A stretch of DNA of 64,000 nt from Heptranchias perlo (Eukaryota). The stretch is taken from NCBI RefSeq assembly GCF_035084215.1, contig NW_027139559.1, positions 6,758,001 to 6,822,000 on the forward strand, in the 5' to 3' direction. The notes beneath the pieces were generated by a model. That model saw only the letters and a program-made list of their open reading frames with translations, was not told the DNA's origin and made no database searches. Each line of letters opens with the position of its first letter. The first letter of the stretch is position 1. The position numbers were made by a program, and so were the translations under genes. Of this stretch, positions 61,977 to 64,000 are shown one piece after another.

Positions 61977-62663
61977 TACCGACACCTCTGTATGGAATCA
62001 TTTTACTGGAGATAGTTTGATACTAACTGTCTCTATAACGGCAATTGATACTAGCTCAATTGCTCAATTTAAATCTGAGATAGATACCAAAGATATTAAG
62101 GGATATGGGACAAAGGCAGGTATATGGAGTTAGATCACTGATCAGCCATTATCTTATCAAATGGCGGAGCAGGTAAGAGGGGCTGAATGGCCAACTCCTG
62201 TTAATATGTTCTTGTTCTTTTGTAATTTCTCTTGAAATCTGGAAGATTCTCGTATTCACTGCCCGCTATAATCTGTGTGTCGCTTTTTTATTTAGTCCCA
62301 ATAACCAAAAACGTGTCCCTGATCCTCTCATTCCCGCTCATATTCCGCCCCTTCCCCCGCATCTGCCCCGTCAGAACCGTTTTAAGGCGGGGGATTAGAT
62401 TCAGTCATTTCTTTCTCCATTTCACTTTTGTTTGTTCATTATTCGGGAATCTCACTTTCAGAACCGCAATCCTTTGTAATGCAGCAATCCCGAAAGGGTG
62501 TTCACACCGAGTACAGAATAGTCGAAAGGCTCTCTCACTGTTCCACTTCTTACACCAGGAGTCTCGGCTCCGGTTTCGATCCCGCAGCAGCTCCTGTGAA
62601 CAGGGATCAATCCACAATCTGGGGTTTGTTACTTTTACAAAGATTGAGCTGTAATCTGTCCCG

Positions 62664-62702
62664 TTCACCTGACGAAGGAGGAAGCCTCCGAAAGCTTGTG
62701 AA
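62664..62702 (+). ncRNA. Minimal hammerhead ribozyme motif in a Penelope terminal fragment (~62660-62790)
   Basis: TTCAC-CTGACGA-A-GGAGG(AAG)CCTCC-GAAA-GCTT-GTGAA. Confidence 0.7.
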
Positions 62703-62925
62703 TTTAAAATAAAATTGCTGGACTATAACTTGGTGTTGTAAAATTGTTTACAATTGTCAACCCAAGTCCATCACCGGCATCTCCACATCATGTATTATTT
62801 TACCCAGATTTGTACAACAGAAGCTGACTGATGTGTTGATTATTGTGTCAGCGATTACTGAATCAGTGAATGATATTTGTCTGTTATTTGATGTGAGCGA
62901 GGGAATTATTCTGTTCCTGTCTCAG

Positions 62926-63150
62926 TTACGACTTCTTGCCGCCTTTGGCTGGTGCTTTACTGAAGGATTTCTTGGCGCCCTTCTTGGGAGCTGCTATCTT
63001 GTCATCAGGCATTTTCAAACTCAATTTCTGACCCAGAAATGATCCAAATCCGTTCCGAGCTCGGATGAAATAGGCAGTCCCACAACCCTATTCTAATGAG
63101 GGATGGGGGAAGGCAATGATTGTGATTGGACGGATGGGAGTGATGCCACG
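62926..63150 (-). pseudogene. H2B: Truncated H2B pseudogene (promoter plus N-terminal tail only)
   Basis: ATG at 63012; [28 protein letters not shown]. Upstream 63013-63150 mirrors ~61400-61527. Confidence 0.88.
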
Positions 63151-63151
63151 T

Positions 63152-63728
63152 TACATAGAAACATCGAAAACAGGAGCAAGAGTAGGCCATTCGGCCCTTC
63201 GGGTCTGCTCCGCCATTCAAAATGATCATTGCTGATCGTCTAACTCAGTTCCCTGTTCCCGCTGTTTCCCCATATCCCTTGATCCCTTTAGCATTTAGAT
63301 ATATATCTATCTCCTTCTTGAATACATCTAATGACTTGGCCTCCACTGCATTCTGTGGTAGAGAATTCCACAGGTTCACCACCCTCCGAGTGAGGACATT
63401 TCTCCTCATCTCGGTTCTAAATCCTGAGACTGTGACCCCTGGTTCTGGACTCCCCAGCCATTGGGAATATCCTCCCTACATTTAGTCTGTCTCGTCCTGT
63501 TAGATTTTTATATGTTTCGATGAGATCACCTTTCATTCTTCGAAACTCGAGTGAATATTGGCCGAGTCAACCCAATCTCTCCTCATACGTCAGTTATGCC
63601 ATCCCAGAATCAGTCTGGTGAACCTTCGTTGCACTCCCTCCATGTCAAGGACATCCTTCCTCAGATAAGGAGACCAAAACTGCACACAATACTCCAGACG
63701 TGGTCTCACCTCGGCCCTGTATAACAGC
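63152..63728 (-). mobile_element. CR1 3' fragment
   Basis: [18 protein letters not shown] on minus strand; CR1 tail at 63152-63230. Confidence 0.85.
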
Positions 63729-63784
63729 AGTAATGTCAGGAATCTTACAACACCACGTTATAGTCCAACAGTTTTATTTGAAAA

Positions 63785-63821
63785 TCACAAGCTTTCGGAG
63801 GCTTTCTCCTTCGTCAGGTGA
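63785..63821 (-). ncRNA. Minimal hammerhead ribozyme motif in a Penelope terminal fragment (~63740-63821)
   Basis: Reverse complement TCAC-CTGACGA-A-GGAG(AAAGC)CTCC-GAAA-GCTT-GTGA. Confidence 0.65.
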
Positions 63822-63939
63822 GTAACAGTTCCAGACAGAAACTTTCCTCACATTGCACATTTTCCTGTTTCTGGAACCACGACAGAAAATGTGAATTTAT
63901 TCCACTCTTTTACAGTTCCCGATTACGTCCAGTAGAGGT

Positions 63940-64000
63940 CAGTCTCTGGTACTGTATATGAGAGTGGGGTTTATTCTGTATTCTGTCAGTCTCCGGTACT
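63940..64000 (-). repeat. Start of the 46-bp satellite in inverted orientation
   Basis: Reverse complement of the 60540-60617 units. Confidence 0.85.

Overview
Repeat-rich eukaryotic DNA, almost certainly from a shark or other cartilaginous fish; I infer this from the VNAR-type Ig segment, SacSINE/Deu-type SINEs, CR1 LINEs and Penelope elements. Most of the window is decayed LINEs, SINEs, Penelope fragments and several tandem satellites. Islands of non-repetitive sequence stand out. (1) At 27.6-29.0 kb (+) is an apparently intact, unrearranged VNAR-like leader-V-D-J cassette. It has an octamer/TATA promoter, four 12/23-compatible RSSs, a single Cys-encoding D and a Cys-encoding J. I could not recognise a constant exon or supporting TCR-delta V in the ~35 kb downstream. 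(2) About 4 kb downstream on the opposite strand (33.2-34.8 kb) is a three-exon gene that the ORF track shows only partially. It encodes a 93-aa secreted prepropeptide with an anionic six-Cys beta-defensin-type domain, and has TATA, a perfect NF-kB site and a polyA signal; a degenerate duplicate of its promoter/exon 1 lies next to it. (3) The right end looks like a decaying histone/tRNA-cluster region: an intact replication-dependent H2B gene, an inverted truncated H2B copy, an orphan histone stem-loop fused to a LINE tail, three tRNA pseudogenes and CTCF-like sites. Also present are a C2H2 zinc-finger pseudogene, four Penelope-associated minimal hammerhead ribozyme motifs and a TIR element with a 4-bp TSD. 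All calls were made by eye with no database searches; repeat boundaries are approximate.
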